A DNA stretch of 64,000 bases, taken from Phoronis australis. Lineage: Eukaryota; Animalia; Phoronida. The first letter of the stretch is position 1. Each line of letters begins with the position of its first letter. Shown in pieces: positions 23,901-38,566 of this stretch. Under the pieces are notes generated by a model, which saw only the letters and a list, made by a program, of their open reading frames with translations, did not search any database and was not told the DNA's origin. The stretch covers positions 124,001 through 188,000 of the forward strand of contig NMRA01000445.1 of assembly GCA_002633005.1 (NCBI GenBank). Direction: 5' to 3'. The position numbers and the translations under genes were made by a program.

Positions 23901-26900
23901 CAGTTTTCTTCAACATAGTTCTATCACCAGCTAGCTCCTCTCTTCCCATTTCCTCACACGACAACACCTTTGTCCCACCAAAACCCACGAACCCTACACG
24001 TATAGGCACATGGTACATCAAGCCATTTACCACCATCGTTTGAATGACGCTCCTAGCAACAAACACTTGATATTCTTGGCCCTTCTTTCCAGTGGTGATG
24101 ATATTCCTAAACCCAATTGCTTTGTTCAGAACCGACATACCGTGTCTCCAAATAATCGGATCCGACGTGCTCCTAAATTTATCAAAGATAGCATCAAAAT
24201 GTGTGATAACTGATAACAACTCCTTCCAATTGGTTCCTGTAATACTTCCGTTAGATCGTTGGTCCGCAACCATCTGCAGCATTGTAGCCCACAACCTGTA
24301 TTGGGACAGCAGAGGGTCTGAAGACTCTCCATTGCTGGTGCGAGTGTTCAACCAGTTCCATAACCTGCCGACTTTTTCCACCATAACACCAGCAGCCGNA
24401 AGCCATTTACCACCATCGTTTGAATGACGCTCCTAGCAACAAACACTTGATATTCTTGGCCCATCTTTCCAGTGGTGATGATATTCCTAAACCCAATTGC
24501 TTTGCTCAGAACCGACATACCGTGTCTCCAAATAATCGGATCCGACGTGCACCTAAATTTATCAAAGATAGCATCAAAATGTGTGATAACTGATAACAAC
24601 TCCTTCCAATTGGTTCCTGTAATACTTCCGTTAGATCGTTGGTCCGCAACAATCTGCAGCATTGTAGCCCACAACCTGTATTGGGACAGCAGAGGGTCTG
24701 AAGACTCTCCATTGCTGGTGCGAGTGTTCAACCAGTTCCATAACCTGCCGACTTTTTCCACCATAACACCAGCAGCCGACCGGTATGCACCAGATTCAGG
24801 GCCAGAGCTTGGCAGTTGGCTTCGACAAAACTGCAGAAAGTCTGCACAAATGTCTAGTGTGTTAGACAGGTGTCTGTCGGAAGACCTCTCTGTTAAATCA
24901 GAGAGGAATAAGTCCAAAAAGGCAGACGGTCTGCTCTGAAATGGCAAAACAGTATAGGATTATGGAAAAGTCTAGAAATGCCTTTTTCCAAAAAGTGTTA
25001 AAGCAGACATCTTTGTCAATAATAAATATTCAAAATGGAGCAGTAGCTTCTCACTGCCGTGAAGAAATGTATATTTAGTTACTCAATATCTAGCAGAATT
25101 TATGCAGTCCATAACCTATGGACTTTCATCAATGGCAAGAGCATGGAGTGAAATACGGGAACCCAATTCTACCAGTCTCTGAGTTTAGTGATTAAGCTTT
25201 CCAAATAATGAAGTAAAATTTCATTACGCAAGTTTTTCGTATCATCATAGTATTTTGTAAAAATCGACAAAAACAAAATTCCATCCAGTACTCGTCTCAT
25301 ACTTTGTTTGATTAAAGAGTGTCTGCCATATACCAAAAGTTAAATGTGTTGTGTATTGAACAAAACTGACATTTTGAATAAGTGAGATAAGTTCACTCCC
25401 CTGAAATAGATATTATAGTGAAGTCTGACTCTACACATAAGTGCCTTTGCAATCTCAACTGACAGTTGATTAAATGCTGTCTCAGTTTTAATGCATTTTC
25501 AATTCCCTTTTAGTGCCAATTACAAACTTGGTTTTCACATACATAGCACAGGGAGCTACATAGTTTAACTAAAAGACAGACAATGTATATTGAAGTCTGT
25601 TAAGTCTTAAGTTCCCACTTCCCACTATTGCCAAATAAAGACTTTGCCAACAAATTACGAGTGCATTGCAGTTGAGAAATAATTCATACTGGGATGTTCC
25701 ACAGATAAGATCACCCGTAAAATGCCCACGGGCATTTATTTGGAAATCCATGTCGAATTATTTGGTGTTACACTTTCTGGTGTCACGTGTCCAAATAGTG
25801 TGGTGTTTACTCAGAAAATTTCATCTTAAAGTCCACTCAGCGTCAACTTTTTGTCACAAATTCAGTTTTGTGTAGCATTTACCTCTTGTAAAAATGAATG
25901 AGGTGTTGGCAAACTATGCATTTATTAACATCAAATTAAAAAAAGTTTTACGTAAAATGTACCAAAGTCGGCAAAATTATGACTTCTTTAAAAGCCCCCC
26001 GCCCAAGCATTTGGTGTTACTACAATGGCTGAATATTTTCATTTTCCAAATACATGTCCATGGGCTTATCTAAGGAAAATCCCGGTAGAAATTATGTTAT
26101 TAATTAGCAGTTACATGTATGTTGTGCATACATCATCTTTGTTCGAGCGAGACTTAATTATTTTTCACATATGGTTGTGTGGGGCACAAGACCAAATTTC
26201 TGACTGTTAAAAGTTTTAAACCACTTTTCATAAAACAGACCCCAGTCACCTGACAAAAGTCTTTCAGCATCAACATAATGCACCTTGAAGCTGAATATGA
26301 TACAAACATGTCACTGTGGTCCAACAGATGGAGCTGAAACAGAGGAGAGTCCAGGCTTAAATGGGTTTTGATTGACAGGTTTCCACAGGAATGACACACA
26401 TCCGGCATATGGTGACAACACTGTTAAAAAAAAAACATTTTGATCGCCATTTGACAAGAAGTTCAAATATTGCTGTTAGCATTCTTGAACAAGAAGTGAT
26501 GGCCAATTTAATAGAGACCATGATTTTTTGTTTTAAAAAGCAGAAAAACTATGTTTTAGTTAGCGTGAAATTTTGTTTTTTACTGTTTCTAAAATAAGAA
26601 ATATTATGTTTCATTATTTCAAAGCGATAAACAATTTAAAAATACTCTGAGAATTACCTTACTTTTTCTGCTGAACTATGTTGCATCCCTGTTTTTACCA
26701 ATAACTTAATTTCTGCAAGACAAGTTTGTTTCTCAAAACAGGAAAAAGAAAATATTAATTACTTTCAGAAACAACAAACAGTCATTTGAACACGACTACT
26801 GCAACACAATCATTCAACATTGTGTGGCCAGAATCAAGGAATTTGAAATAAAAATATTAGGAATTATTACCAAAATTCAGTATTTACTACTGAAAAATAA

Positions 26901-28199
26901 ATTACATCTGAAACCTCAAATTCCGTGAACGAAGTCAGATTTCATGAATTCCAGCCATTTTCCATTAACCATGAAAAACCAGGATCGTAAGTTGAATGTG
27001 AATTGGCATTCTTAGACAAGGCTTCGTAACATTGACACAGTGAAATTCATTTTTCCATCCAAAAAGTGGTTAATACCTGCAGCACCATCTAGTATGCACT
27101 GAGGAAGACACCAGGAAGGACAGACATTGAAAATTTCTACAGTTACATACCACTTTTTGGACGGAAAATGAATTTCTCCTTGTCAAATGTTATTCACTAT
27201 CCTAATGAAACTGAAGAAAAAAAGCCTTCATGATATCACTTAATCCTAAATGTTTTAACAGCAACCCAACGTCCAAAGCCTTAACCCACCTTCCAACACA
27301 AAAAACGTTCAATTTAGGCCACTTCATTACCATTATGAAATAAAAGAAATCAAAGAAATCAGATCCGATTCCAGGTCTTCAAAAAAACTGGCAGTTCATC
27401 GTTTTCTTGAGCTCATGCTCTCCAAGGTCACTTGCCAATGAGTCATTTTATGCACCAAGCAGTACTCTCAAGGAGAAACAAAATAGTTTTTTGCAGCCCA
27501 GAAAACACTTCTCTAGAAGTAAAGACCCCATTCAGGTCATAGCAATAAGAGCTCGAAGTCAAAAAACTGCATTCTTTAACCAGATGAGAGTTTTACAGCA
27601 GTAGCGTGCAGAGATTTGGTAATGAATGAACCCTAGTGCTAAGAAAGTACAAACAGATGAAACATAAAATAGAATTTTTTTCTAATTAACTACAAATCTG
27701 TCACAATTTCAAGAAGTTTATTCATAGTGATTGGATGACCCCCTCGATGTGGATTCCCAGGGCCTGTGCCCTGTTGCCCCCCCTCCCTCCCCCTTCCGCA
27801 CACTACCGTAAAAAAGACTTTTTGTTTCCCCCGCGATGGTGCACAGGTCTAGCAGGCAACTCAAGGCTTACTACGCCCTCTAGCAAAATAACTTACAATA
27901 CTCTCTTGTAATGTTGTGTTCTGATGCAGCAAGGTGGCCACATGATTCCACTGTTGTTGACAGCACACAGCCTTTTGTTCATAGAAACACGAGAACACAT
28001 TCAACTTCAGGAGCAGCAGTTCTGTTGATGTTGGCTGAAACTTCGAAATCTGACAAGCCTCAGAGGCGTGGCTTCCTGAGCTCTCACCATCCGGGGATCT
28101 CAGATGGGTAACCATGGCAACAAAGTCTTCAGTTGAAATTGATATCAATTTTCCGGACATCAGCTCACGTGACGCTGTTTTCAATTTTTCCCACTCCAT
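20955..28199 (-). CDS. LINS1: Protein Lines homolog 1, ~740 aa
   Basis: Exons 28199-27897, 26333-26250 (alternative in-frame acceptor at 26420), 24935-23841 (contains the 380-bp duplication), 22908-22755, 21921-20955. Phases agree only after the duplication is collapsed. Lines-family motifs: GFGG, LFEDQDDLLIEALL, FDNNVLLDFILSPETCFLVYFTKYL, C-terminal PFNVIPLISLL. Confidence 0.88.
24020..24778. other. 379-bp tandem duplication separated by a single N; probable assembly (haplotype overlap) artefact
   Basis: 24020-24398 and 24400-24778 differ at about 4 positions, with an N at 24399. The 380-nt offset breaks the LINS1 frame, and removing it gives a 715-nt exon with the correct phases. Confidence 0.85.
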
Positions 28200-28300
28200 T
28201 TTTAGTCATCTGGCGTTACTGATGATACAGACTGAAAGAAAGAGGAGCATGTTAAAATGTGCATTAACAGTTTGATAAACGCTCATCACAATCCTTACAG

Positions 28301-28710
28301 TATAGCTTTGCAGGGATGTGGATAAAAATGGCCAAATTAAATGTGGCAAAAATTAGTGTCATTAGACACTACACTCCTCCTTGAGTAAACTTAATTGGTT
28401 ACCGGTGTTGGAAAGAATGGCGTTCTCACCAACTTGTATTTTGCTCCTGAAGTTGTGGAGTGATCGTTATGCGTCGGGTTTCGGCGCCATGAAATATACA
28501 GCATCAAATATTGGCCAGTTTCTTTTTTCGACGATTTTTCTATTTCCACGAGGTTAGCACAATCATAACAAACCTTCGGAACTGGTTTCATTTCGTTATA
28601 GGTTTTTAGTATTTTACTGAATACCAGCTAACCGATTTTCAGAACTAACTTCGGTGCTGCCATCATCTCGTGAGAGATGTTGCAAAAATAAGGAAATGGG
28701 CACATGCACC
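28301..28710 (-). repeat. Dispersed repeat, copy B (see 1945-2357)
   Basis: Its reverse complement aligns colinearly with 1945-2357. It lies just upstream of the acceptor of the first LINS1 coding exon (28232). Confidence 0.8.
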
Positions 28711-29080
28711 TGTTATGAGAATTATATGCAAATGATGTTTATTAGATTGTTTTTCACTTAACTCTTGACTTAACTAACTGCTGCAATGGACAAGGTCAGA
28801 GTTGCGGTTGATTCCCTCAATTTGCATGCACCCAGTCGTTAGCTTTACATGTTTCATAAATAAGTGACGAGCAGAAATAAACAGGCCGTGTCAAATTTCG
28901 GGGTCTAACGGACATTAACACACAGTGGAATATAGCTGTATTTTGACGATAGTCTTCAATCAATTCACACAGCTAGCTCTGCCGCAATGCATATCGCCGA
29001 GCGTAAAGTTCAGTATACTGCAGTGAATCACTGTCGACCCAGTTAAATCCCTGAGGTAAGAATTGCAACTGAACCATCAA

Positions 29081-29278
29081 TATACCTCCCTGTGCAGCGG
29101 TTTATCAAATTTCCTGCAACAGTGTTCAAGGACAGCTATTTTTATGACCGCAAATTTCACTAATGCTGCAGACGAACTCCGGAAACGGAAGTTGGTTGTG
29201 ATAGCGAGGCAAGGAGCCAAATTTATTTCCGGGTGGAGCAAAAGTTTGCGAACTTTTTCCTTGTTCAGTTCAGTTAGG
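29081..29278. promoter_or_regulatory. Probable LINS1/OSTF1 bidirectional promoter
   Basis: Divergent genes. A candidate minus-strand donor GAG|GTATAT at 29085 lies <200 bp from the OSTF1 ATG. Tandem ETS/GABP-type sites CCGGAAACGGAAGT (29179-29192) and TTTCCGG (29226-29232). Confidence 0.6.
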
Positions 29279-32200
29279 ATGTCGCGTCCGTTGAGAGCTG
29301 CGCCGCCTCCTCCACCATCTAAGCCAGGTTAGTTTGGAAAAGATGGATAACAATGGAATAGCACTATAACTAGAGAAATAGACTGCTGAATTTGGAATGT
29401 TTTCTGAGTTGTTGCACAGTTGACAAGTCAGTGTCGCCTGTCGCTCTGCGGCGATGTAATTGCCTTTGGGCAGGCTATGGTTATGTCGGATCCACGCCAC
29501 GGAATTGACAGTTTCAATTAACAATTTAACAAAAATCCGGAATCGAAACTGGTCTGTCTTGATCATTGTAGATCTGGAGACAATCAAGTGATGCCTAGCT
29601 GAAGCAGAATCCAGGAAATCAACTACTTGTTGTGTTTGTGAAGCCGGGCATTGGTCGGATATAGCAGTCCCTGATTTTGAAACTGGTTCTCAAAACCAGG
29701 GACTACTATATTTTTATTCATCTAGTGTCTTTGTGAAGGTCATAGGAATCGTAGTGCAGTGCCATATATCTAGCCGCAGACATACACAATACAGCCTTTG
29801 CAGGCGATTGGGTGTGGCTCGTAGTACTTACTCTGATACCTGAAGGCCTGAAGGGTCATTAGTCTCATTCCTGAGCAAAATGACATATTGTCAACAATTT
29901 TATTTACTGTTGAAGAGACATATTGGATAGAAATCTTAATTACCTAACATGTCAATGGCATGCAAAGGTGTCCTTCTATTCTCGAAAACTACTTACAGCA
30001 ACGTGTCTAATAGATTAGCCACTGTATAGAGGGTCTAAAGTTATGGCCAAGTGGTCTAACAGGCAACGGACTTGTAATAAAGCTGCTCAACCATTTGACT
30101 TTTGATTCATAAAAGTTTAAGTAAATACTCAACATTATGGAAACAGTTGCCTGTGAATAATAAATTGGATAAAAATACACTGAGAAACCTGCATAGTACT
30201 GTATCGATGACCTTGAATGTGACCAGACAAATTTTAACACATAGGCTATCAGGTAATAAGGCTAAATTTTAAGAACAAAGGATCAAAGAACATGAAAAAG
30301 GCAAAGTTATTTGCCAAGTAAGTCTTGACTTGGTTTTCAGTATATTTTTACTCAAAAGTTATCGCCAGTTCTTTGCGATAATTATTTGTTGACAATTTGC
30401 TCATGCACAAAGAAAGTGGGAACAACCAGACCATGAGATGAGTGGCGTATTGGGAGAGGGTCAACATGGGTGGCATGACTTTTGACGGTATTCAGAATGG
30501 TCAGGTAGTATGTATCTGAATATCGTACCTGTATCAGCTGCTAAACGCCTGACCAGTTTGTAACATGGTCAGTTGTAAATAAGGCAACTTATTGATTGAG
30601 TTCTGAGATTAGACCCTGGGTGATTGTGATCACAATTGATAACCATTCTTCTACCGGTCGTGATAGCTCTCTTCATGGACAGTTCATGGTAATTATCATG
30701 AAAGTCTTTTTTTGGACTGAGCACTTGCGTCAATGTTTAAGTCCGACGTTATAGATCTCATGATGTGTGTAACAGCTCGATAGCTACATTATAATATGAT
30801 GTTCAAAATCGATAACGTACCGACCACCGCAATGGTCTCTAGCCTCCTGAGAAAGACTAGGTCTCACTCACGTAGTTGTTCCGCTTTTAAACATGGTCCC
30901 CAGAGACTGCATGCTCACATGGCTCTGTTGAAATGTAATGATTCTTTCCACTGTATACTGAGTGGGTACTGTAGTGGCAGCACAGTGTAACACATAAGTT
31001 GGTCATGCATTCATCTACTAGTAACTGATGTTTGTCCATTCAAGTTTGCAACAACTTGACTTGTGGTCCAAAGCCTAGGTTTCTTTGAACAAGCAGGACC
31101 AAGGCTAAACAATTTGAGAAATCACACAAAATGATAGTCAAAGCTCAGACCAATGCAAAAGCGTACCAGCCACAGACTCAAAAATAGACATCCTAGTCTT
31201 TTGATGTCACTGACAACTTCCAGTTGATGATCCGTGTCTATGGCAGTTGTGGCAATTGTCACTCCAATCCAGGAATGTCGACACGTTGTTCGACAGCGTA
31301 CTAAGAGGTTAATCAAAATGATCTAAATGTACTTTTGACTAAGAAATTTGTTAAGTTTGCGGATCTCCCTAATCTCAGTCTTTCACTTGAAAGTAAATCA
31401 CTTTTAGGAAGAAATTCTGTTTCCACAGTCTGCTTTAGTGTGAACAAAGCTGTTTCCGTTTTTCCTTATAATGTCTCACTTTGTTTTTCAGGTCATGTAA
31501 AGGTGGTAAGAGCCATGTATCGCTATGATGCCCAGCAGGTATGTACTTGTGTTGACAAATATAATTATGACAGGTATGTCTTTCATTGTGGTAAAATATA
31601 ATGAATAATTATGAAGATAACGTACTGTACTCATTCAGGTTAATACCCACTGACAAAATGTCCAAAAAATTTTCACTTTTAAACGCCCGTGCTTGTCTTA
31701 CTTCTCACCCCGAGTTTTTACAATGGCGGCTTCCTTGAAAGGGATTGTGTCACGTGAAAGTTTGTCTTTCACGAATTTCTCGTCCAAACTGTATGAAACT
31801 CACCTGTGTTGGAATGACTAAGAGCGGCATGTTGCCTTAATTGAGCGGGAAACGTACCTATATACTCTCCTGGTACACCCCAATATTGATTGATATATGA
31901 ATACATATCAGGCTGATAATAAATGATCTGTTAGATATCAATCTGATCATTCTCCGTAGCATCCTCAGTCATGAAAAACATCTTTTGATAAGTTTATGAT
32001 TACTCAGTGATAAGCAATCATATATTATCAATTTCTATGATAAACCTTGCATTATAAATTCCTTGAACCGTTTTATAAATCATTTGTACCGTGTTTACTG
32101 CTGTGAATTGTAGAAATGGTTCACATGAGTTCACAGGGTTCAATGCTTAATGTAATATGGGCTAGCCATGTGCAACCCAGCAAAATTGCCAGATCACCAA

Positions 32201-35200
32201 ATGCGAAACGAGGAAGCCTGTATGCGGTGGTGGGAATGTCCTGTCATTCTCAAACAACGCTTAGCCACTGAGATTCGCAAAGGGGAAGAAGGATATCGAA
32301 ATTGAATAGGCGGGGGATCTGAAACTACACCACAGAACTCCATGGTGATGGCTTTCTTATTTTTTAGTCCAACAGAAAATAGCAACAATGACAACCCACT
32401 TCGAACTCGGCTCTCACCCAAGGGAGAAGTTAATAATCAAAATAGTTTTGTTTGCGCATGCGGCACTGTTACAAGTTTCTAAAATATTATTCAGTTTGTT
32501 TTATACAACTTTAGAGTTTTTTCCTCAAAATCATAGTAGTCTTATTTTTTGATAGCCCATCACTCAAAAGTGGAAAATTTACAAACAATTCTTGGTGGCA
32601 TTTTGGAAAACATAGAGCAAAGTATCTAAATTTTTCATTCGAATCCCATCAGCCATTTCTGAGATCAAGTTAACCAAATTTAGAATTTTTCTAGTATCCA
32701 GCATAAGCGATGTATCAATTGTATACTTTGAATTGATCACTGTTATGTCATTTTGATAAAAAACAATATTTCCTATTACTTTGTCAGTCGGATGAGCTGT
32801 CATTTGATGAGGGAGACAACCTCTACATCATAGAAATGTGCAATGCCAGCTGGTGGCGTGCAAGGTGTGGCAACAAGGAAGGACTCGTACCCAGTAACTA
32901 TGGTAATTATCGCCGTGTTCATAATGTAAAGTTTTTTGCAACAGTAGTGATTCAGTATATCTCAGCCATTATGGATAGGATGCCAACTTCCATTTTCAGG
33001 CAGATGCTACGTAATCGATACCCCTAGTGGCCATTTTGATTTTTCTGTCTGGGTTTTGTTGTCTGCCTCTCTAATTTTCTAAATGGCTGAAAAGCTCATT
33101 AACTTTACGAAATTGCAAAGGTATGTTCCTATTGAGATGAGAATGGCAGACAATGATTTTTGGACAGGTTTAACAACTGTAGCGTTCATTAATGGCAAGT
33201 TCATTCCCCATCACAATGGCTGAACACAAGTAGAATTCCTTATCATGATGGCTGGGTGCTGGCATAATTCACCAGCAGAAAAGCTAGAATGAGGAGTCAT
33301 CACCGGTCATGACAATGGTTACTTTTGGCGTGTTCTGAATGTACAAGATTTGAAAATCTCAGGTATTTGTCACTAACAATACTATAATTACGTAATTTTA
33401 CAATTATTTCACACAAAAATGATCGCCACAATTGTCATTTTTCTTTTTTCATTAAGCTAATTACTTTTACTGAAAATAATGGAAAATTTCATTTGTGGTA
33501 TCTACAAAGTACAAACTGTTTGTGGAGAAAGCAAAATGTCACTTGTTGGCCATCTTGTGTGCGTACGTAATAAGTGACAAATTTCTACACTGCTTGTAAC
33601 CTATTACTTTCGCATTGAAATTTTGATGTTTTTGTGTTTCATATGGCAGTTGAGGAAAGCACAGAGTCAATAGACAATCCACTTCATGAGGCAGCGAAAA
33701 GGGGCAACGAGACATTCATGAGTGAATGTATTACTAATAATGTGAGTCTTCTGGTATAATGGTTATGGAGGACCTTATTGGCAAGTCTAGGTATTCAACA
33801 ATCATTTACAAAATTTTGAAAATTTGTTAGGTAAAAGTGTAATACTGAAAGAAGAAAGTCTGTATACTTTTGTTCTTAACTTTGTACCAACTAATTGGGT
33901 TACGCGACGAATTCTTTTTAGTAAAATTAGCAAAAAAGATAGGTACATTCATATCAAAACGATGGTATCAGTAATGTGATCAAATGTCATTTGATATAAG
34001 TATTCAAGATGAAATGAATGTCTCAAAAAGGTTTGTAATATATCATTTTGATTTTGTTTTATGCTTTGTAACTTTGTTTGCTTTTTTCATAAAAATCATA
34101 AAAAGTTTATGTTTTGGCAGCTCCTTGTACAAAAGTGATATAGTTCAAAAAAACATTTTAGAGAACAATGCATGAAGCCCGTTATGCAATAGTTTCATGT
34201 GAACCTGAGCTGTCACTTCTGTGGTACAACACTCTGAAGTTAGGCAAATTTGGACATTTTGTTGGGTCCGACATATTACCTTAAATTTCTGAAAATATTT
34301 CCAACTATCAGTTTTGCAAAAGTTTCAGTATCCATATCTTCACCAGCCTTACATTATAGAAGAACATCTGAAAACTAATATTACTGTCACATAAAATGGA
34401 TAGTCATGACATGACCTTATTTTAAATGAGCACAGTGTTGTGAAACTGAAATTGTAACAGATTTAACAAAAAAGTAATTACTATGTCACGTAAAATAAAG
34501 TTATCTTTTTGATACTGTAGTCATGCTTCTCAATATTGAAATTCAGACAAGCACTTAGAACCTGATGTTGCTGGTTTTGTACCAAGTACTTATCACAGTA
34601 GTAGGAAGTGGGTCTAAGTATTCTCTAATTATTCTCCGACTCAGCCAGATTCTAAGTCTCCCAGTATTGTTCACCTTAAAGATGTATTTGCATGCTTCTA
34701 ACTATGGTAATGTATAGCAGGAACGACAATGCTATTTGAACAACATCTATGCCAAACAAAGTGCAGTTGTATTCATTGACAACTTGTAAACTAAATGTGG
34801 AAAGAAAAAAATTCAGCAAATAGGTGACCTTTGCCCTTATGACGTACCTTTGGGGCTCATATAGCCTGCATCCTGCAGTGTTATTCCTCAACACCACGTC
34901 ACAATACTTACTGGACACGGTTGATTGATTTACGGCAGATCATTTTAGACACAAAACTCGTTCTTAAAAACATTTGGCAATTTTCAACCTACTTCATATT
35001 CACATTGTCCTTATATGTCGTGTTTCTAACTAATTCGACCAAGCAATCACAGAGATAAGAAATTAGCATGCAGATTTCACTTTAATCCTATTTGCCTTGC
35101 GACTACTGTCAGGAGCTAGCTCTTGCTTCTATGGCAATAAGTTTTGTATAATAAGCGTTGTATCACGGAGCTTTATAGTTGAAGCAGGTGGTGACTTTGC

Positions 35201-38200
35201 TTACCTCAAAGACACATTTTTCCTCAGTCTGCCTTTGGTTAAGGAGAACTGTATCGACTGAAGTAGAGGAAAACTTACTAGGCAGTGTGTGCTTGCCAAT
35301 TAATTGCAATAAGAACTGATAGTTATAATAACTGTTATAGTTATAACCACTGTGCTTCTAGTGATAACATAAATCCTAACTTTCAATGGTAAAAGCGTCC
35401 TGTAAATTTGGTTCCCACAGTATGTTAAGATCATCCATCTGAGTCCACTAGTGCCATAAACTGCCAAATGTAACAAACTGTGAGGTGTATTGGCTTGCTT
35501 TTGTCTATGTCACCACGAGAATCACCTTTTAATTCAAACAGCTGCGAATAACACCCACATGCAATAGTGTTCTATTCACAGCCCTGTTCAATAAAACTAT
35601 TTTCAGCCTTATGTTTGTGCAGTGACACAATATGGCACGAAAAGGCAACTTCACCTATTATTTGATGGGCCTACATTTGAGTGATTTGACATGCGTTTTC
35701 TTAGTTTGCTAAGGCTTTCCAAGGACTATGTGGTTAGCCCAATAGACCCAAATTAACAAAATTCCATTGAAGTTAGGCTTTTACAAAATAAACTGCAATT
35801 CATTATGCATACGAGTTCTTAATCCTTTAGAGGTCTCTGAAAAACATCAGGTAAATCCCACTATCATACTCTGTTCTTATGTTAAAGTTTGGGTTAAGTT
35901 TACATTTTGCATCTTGAATTTTTCAAAAATTTTCTTGGAAGTGGAATTTTTTACTTTTGACAACATACATCACAGTCATGTCACTTTAACAGAAAACAAA
36001 AAAATAAAGCAGTACAGGTTTATCTCCTAAGAAGCAGCATGGCCTTGTATTCAAATGAAAGCTTCTGGCCTTATATGAAATTTACCTAGGTGACTAATGA
36101 TTTACACGATTTAATTTCTTGTCTTCCAGGTGTCTGTGAATGGTTTAGACAAAGCTGGGTCCACACCGCTCCATTGGGCGGCTCATGGAGGCCATATTGC
36201 TTGCATCAAAATGTTACTAGGTGTTCCCAATGTGACAGTTAATGTACAGGTAAGGCTGCTGTCTTATATATTGCTTTCGACTAAGTGCGAAATTTCGTCG
36301 GTGAGTTTACTCCCATTGACCAAGTGTATGGGTCAGTGGGTCAATTATGTCATGGTGTGGGCAATTTTGTGTAAAAGTACTAAATTACGGGCTGGTCAGA
36401 GGAAAGCGATTTGAGTTTATTATTGTGTGTTAGTTTGGATAGTGAGCCTCTAAGCTCATTTCTGTGGAAAGCAATCACTTTTTCTCAAACACAAATGCTG
36501 ATGGCTAGACTGTTTATGCAATAGTTTCCGTTTTTTGGTTGGGTGATTTCAAACGCCAGTTGCTTATTATTTTGTACAGGTAACTGTTGACGCCTAAAAC
36601 TGCGATAAGTGCAAGCGAGTCTTCCCCGCAATATTTTAAACACTACTCATGAAATATCCTTTCGGTTGGGTCGAACTCACCGAGGTAACCGTGTGCAGTA
36701 AGGTAATGTTTTGCTGGTATTGACCTGTCAGAATATTTGCAGTATGCATTTTATTGCAGAACAAAATGGGGGACACGCCACTTCACTCTGCTGCATGGAA
36801 GGGTCATCCGGAGGCTGTAAGGATGATACTGGCTAAAGGTGAGTGTAAGGTCCACTTTTACCTGTATTCTGCACTGTAGGTGGGACATGTGGTGCAAAGC
36901 AAAAATTGGGAAAGTTCGTGAAAATTGGAAAACAAAATTTGAAAGAGAGCCACGGTTGATTTGAACATTTTTGAAAATAATGTCCTCTAATCCTGGCATT
37001 ATGGACAGTTCTGTGTTGTGTGCCTCACAATTTAAATAGTGAGAGACACTTTTTTGGGTTGAGCAGTGTTGGGTTGGCCAGCTCGATTCACCACCTGGTG
37101 TGCCCTCTATTGGTGAAAGTTAAAACAGTGACAATACTTTTGCTCCTAAAGTTAAGGTAATTCTTCACTAATTTCACACAAAAATAATTGCTTATAAGTT
37201 GTCATTTTTCCCATTTTTCAAAGACTGGTTTCCTTCCTGTAAAACCAAATATCATTTTATGGCATCAGATCTACACATTTCGATACAATCTAAAATTAGA
37301 CTAGAATTTCCTGACTTTTTGTGCCAATGGAAAAGTTTGTCAAAATTTAATTTCGCTGTCCGTCATATTTAGAATTAAATATATGAAGAATTGCCTTATC
37401 TCTCTCTATTTAGACATTCTCTAATCGCTGTTAGAAATTTTCTTTGTTCTCCGCAGTTGGCGAGATGCTGCATTTTCAGCTACATGCAATGTTGTACAAC
37501 TCACATTTACTTCCAAATGACACAATAACACATAATACAGCATACATTTGTCATTTTTAAGAATTCTAATTTAAAACCATTTCTATTGATGATTGCGTTT
37601 TCCTCTTTAAAATTTGACTATGGTGTGGTATTTCAACCGAATTTTTGTGGAATCTTTCTGTCAACAGGTGGCAGGACAGATATCAGAAACAAGGAAAACA
37701 AACTTCCGTCAGATCTAGCCAAAGACCCGGAAACAGCTGCAATACTGAAGCAAGCAAGTAAGTCTGAGGATTAGGTGCCTGGTATCAATAGTCTTAAGTT
37801 CAATCTTAGCTAAGATCTGTTAATCTTTGATTTTAACTCGATGCCAGTTCCAACGTTGCTGCTCTTCTTAATGTAACAGCCTGTTTGCGTATAAGCTGTA
37901 ACTGGACTTGCGCAGTCTGGTCCCAAACTTCAAGCAATAAGCTTGTGAGATTTTCCGTGGGAAGCTAAAGGATCATGAATTGAGGGGTTGGGTCCGGCAA
38001 TGGACAAGGGTCAATTTTTGTTTCTCTGTGGCACCAATACTGAGGTGGTTGGGTCAGGGCTTCAAACCCCCTGTCCCAGCCCCTCTAGATTGACGCCTCT
38101 TTTAACTTTATCAAAGTTCATACCCACTGCTGTACAAGGATAAACATTTTTATGTGAAATTAATAGGATACCAAACCCGGTTTTGGCCTTTTAACAGATA

Positions 38201-38566
38201 ATAAAAGCGACTTTCCCATCGAGTTATCTAAAACAAAATAATGTTCCGTAACCATTGAGAACCCTAAAGGTTGAAGTAGAATTTGAAAATTCCTTACGAA
38301 ATCTGCTAACAGGCAAGCGTGGCCTAGGCCTTAGGCAAGGTTAACGACAACTTTAGGGAAGGACCACCCACCAAGAACACAGAGAGTATTGTGTATTAGT
38401 TGAATCCTGTTTTTATCAATCAAATGAGATGCCAATGATACATTAGCTGGTGACATAATGACAATTGGTTGAAGTTACCAAAATGAGCTTAGTGTGTTGT
38501 GTTCTATTTACAGCTTCCACACAGATAAATTCTGAAGATTATGGTGATGAAGAGGACTCGGACTGA
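29279..38566 (+). CDS. OSTF1: Osteoclast-stimulating factor 1 (Pro-rich + SH3 + ankyrin repeats + acidic tail), 214 aa
   Basis: Exons 29279-29327, 31492-31538, 32788-32902, 33650-33741, 36130-36249, 36760-36838, 37668-37757, 38514-38566 (645 nt, phases consistent). Motifs: [93 protein letters not shown]. Confidence 0.96.
35373..35779 (+). mobile_element. Kolobok-like MITE, diverged copy of 63032-63467
   Basis: Shares GAGAATCACCTTTTAATTCAAACAGCTGCGA, ATGGCACGAAA and the terminus AACAAAATTCCATTGAAGTTAGGCTTT with the 63032 copy. Located in OSTF1 intron 4. Confidence 0.75.
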
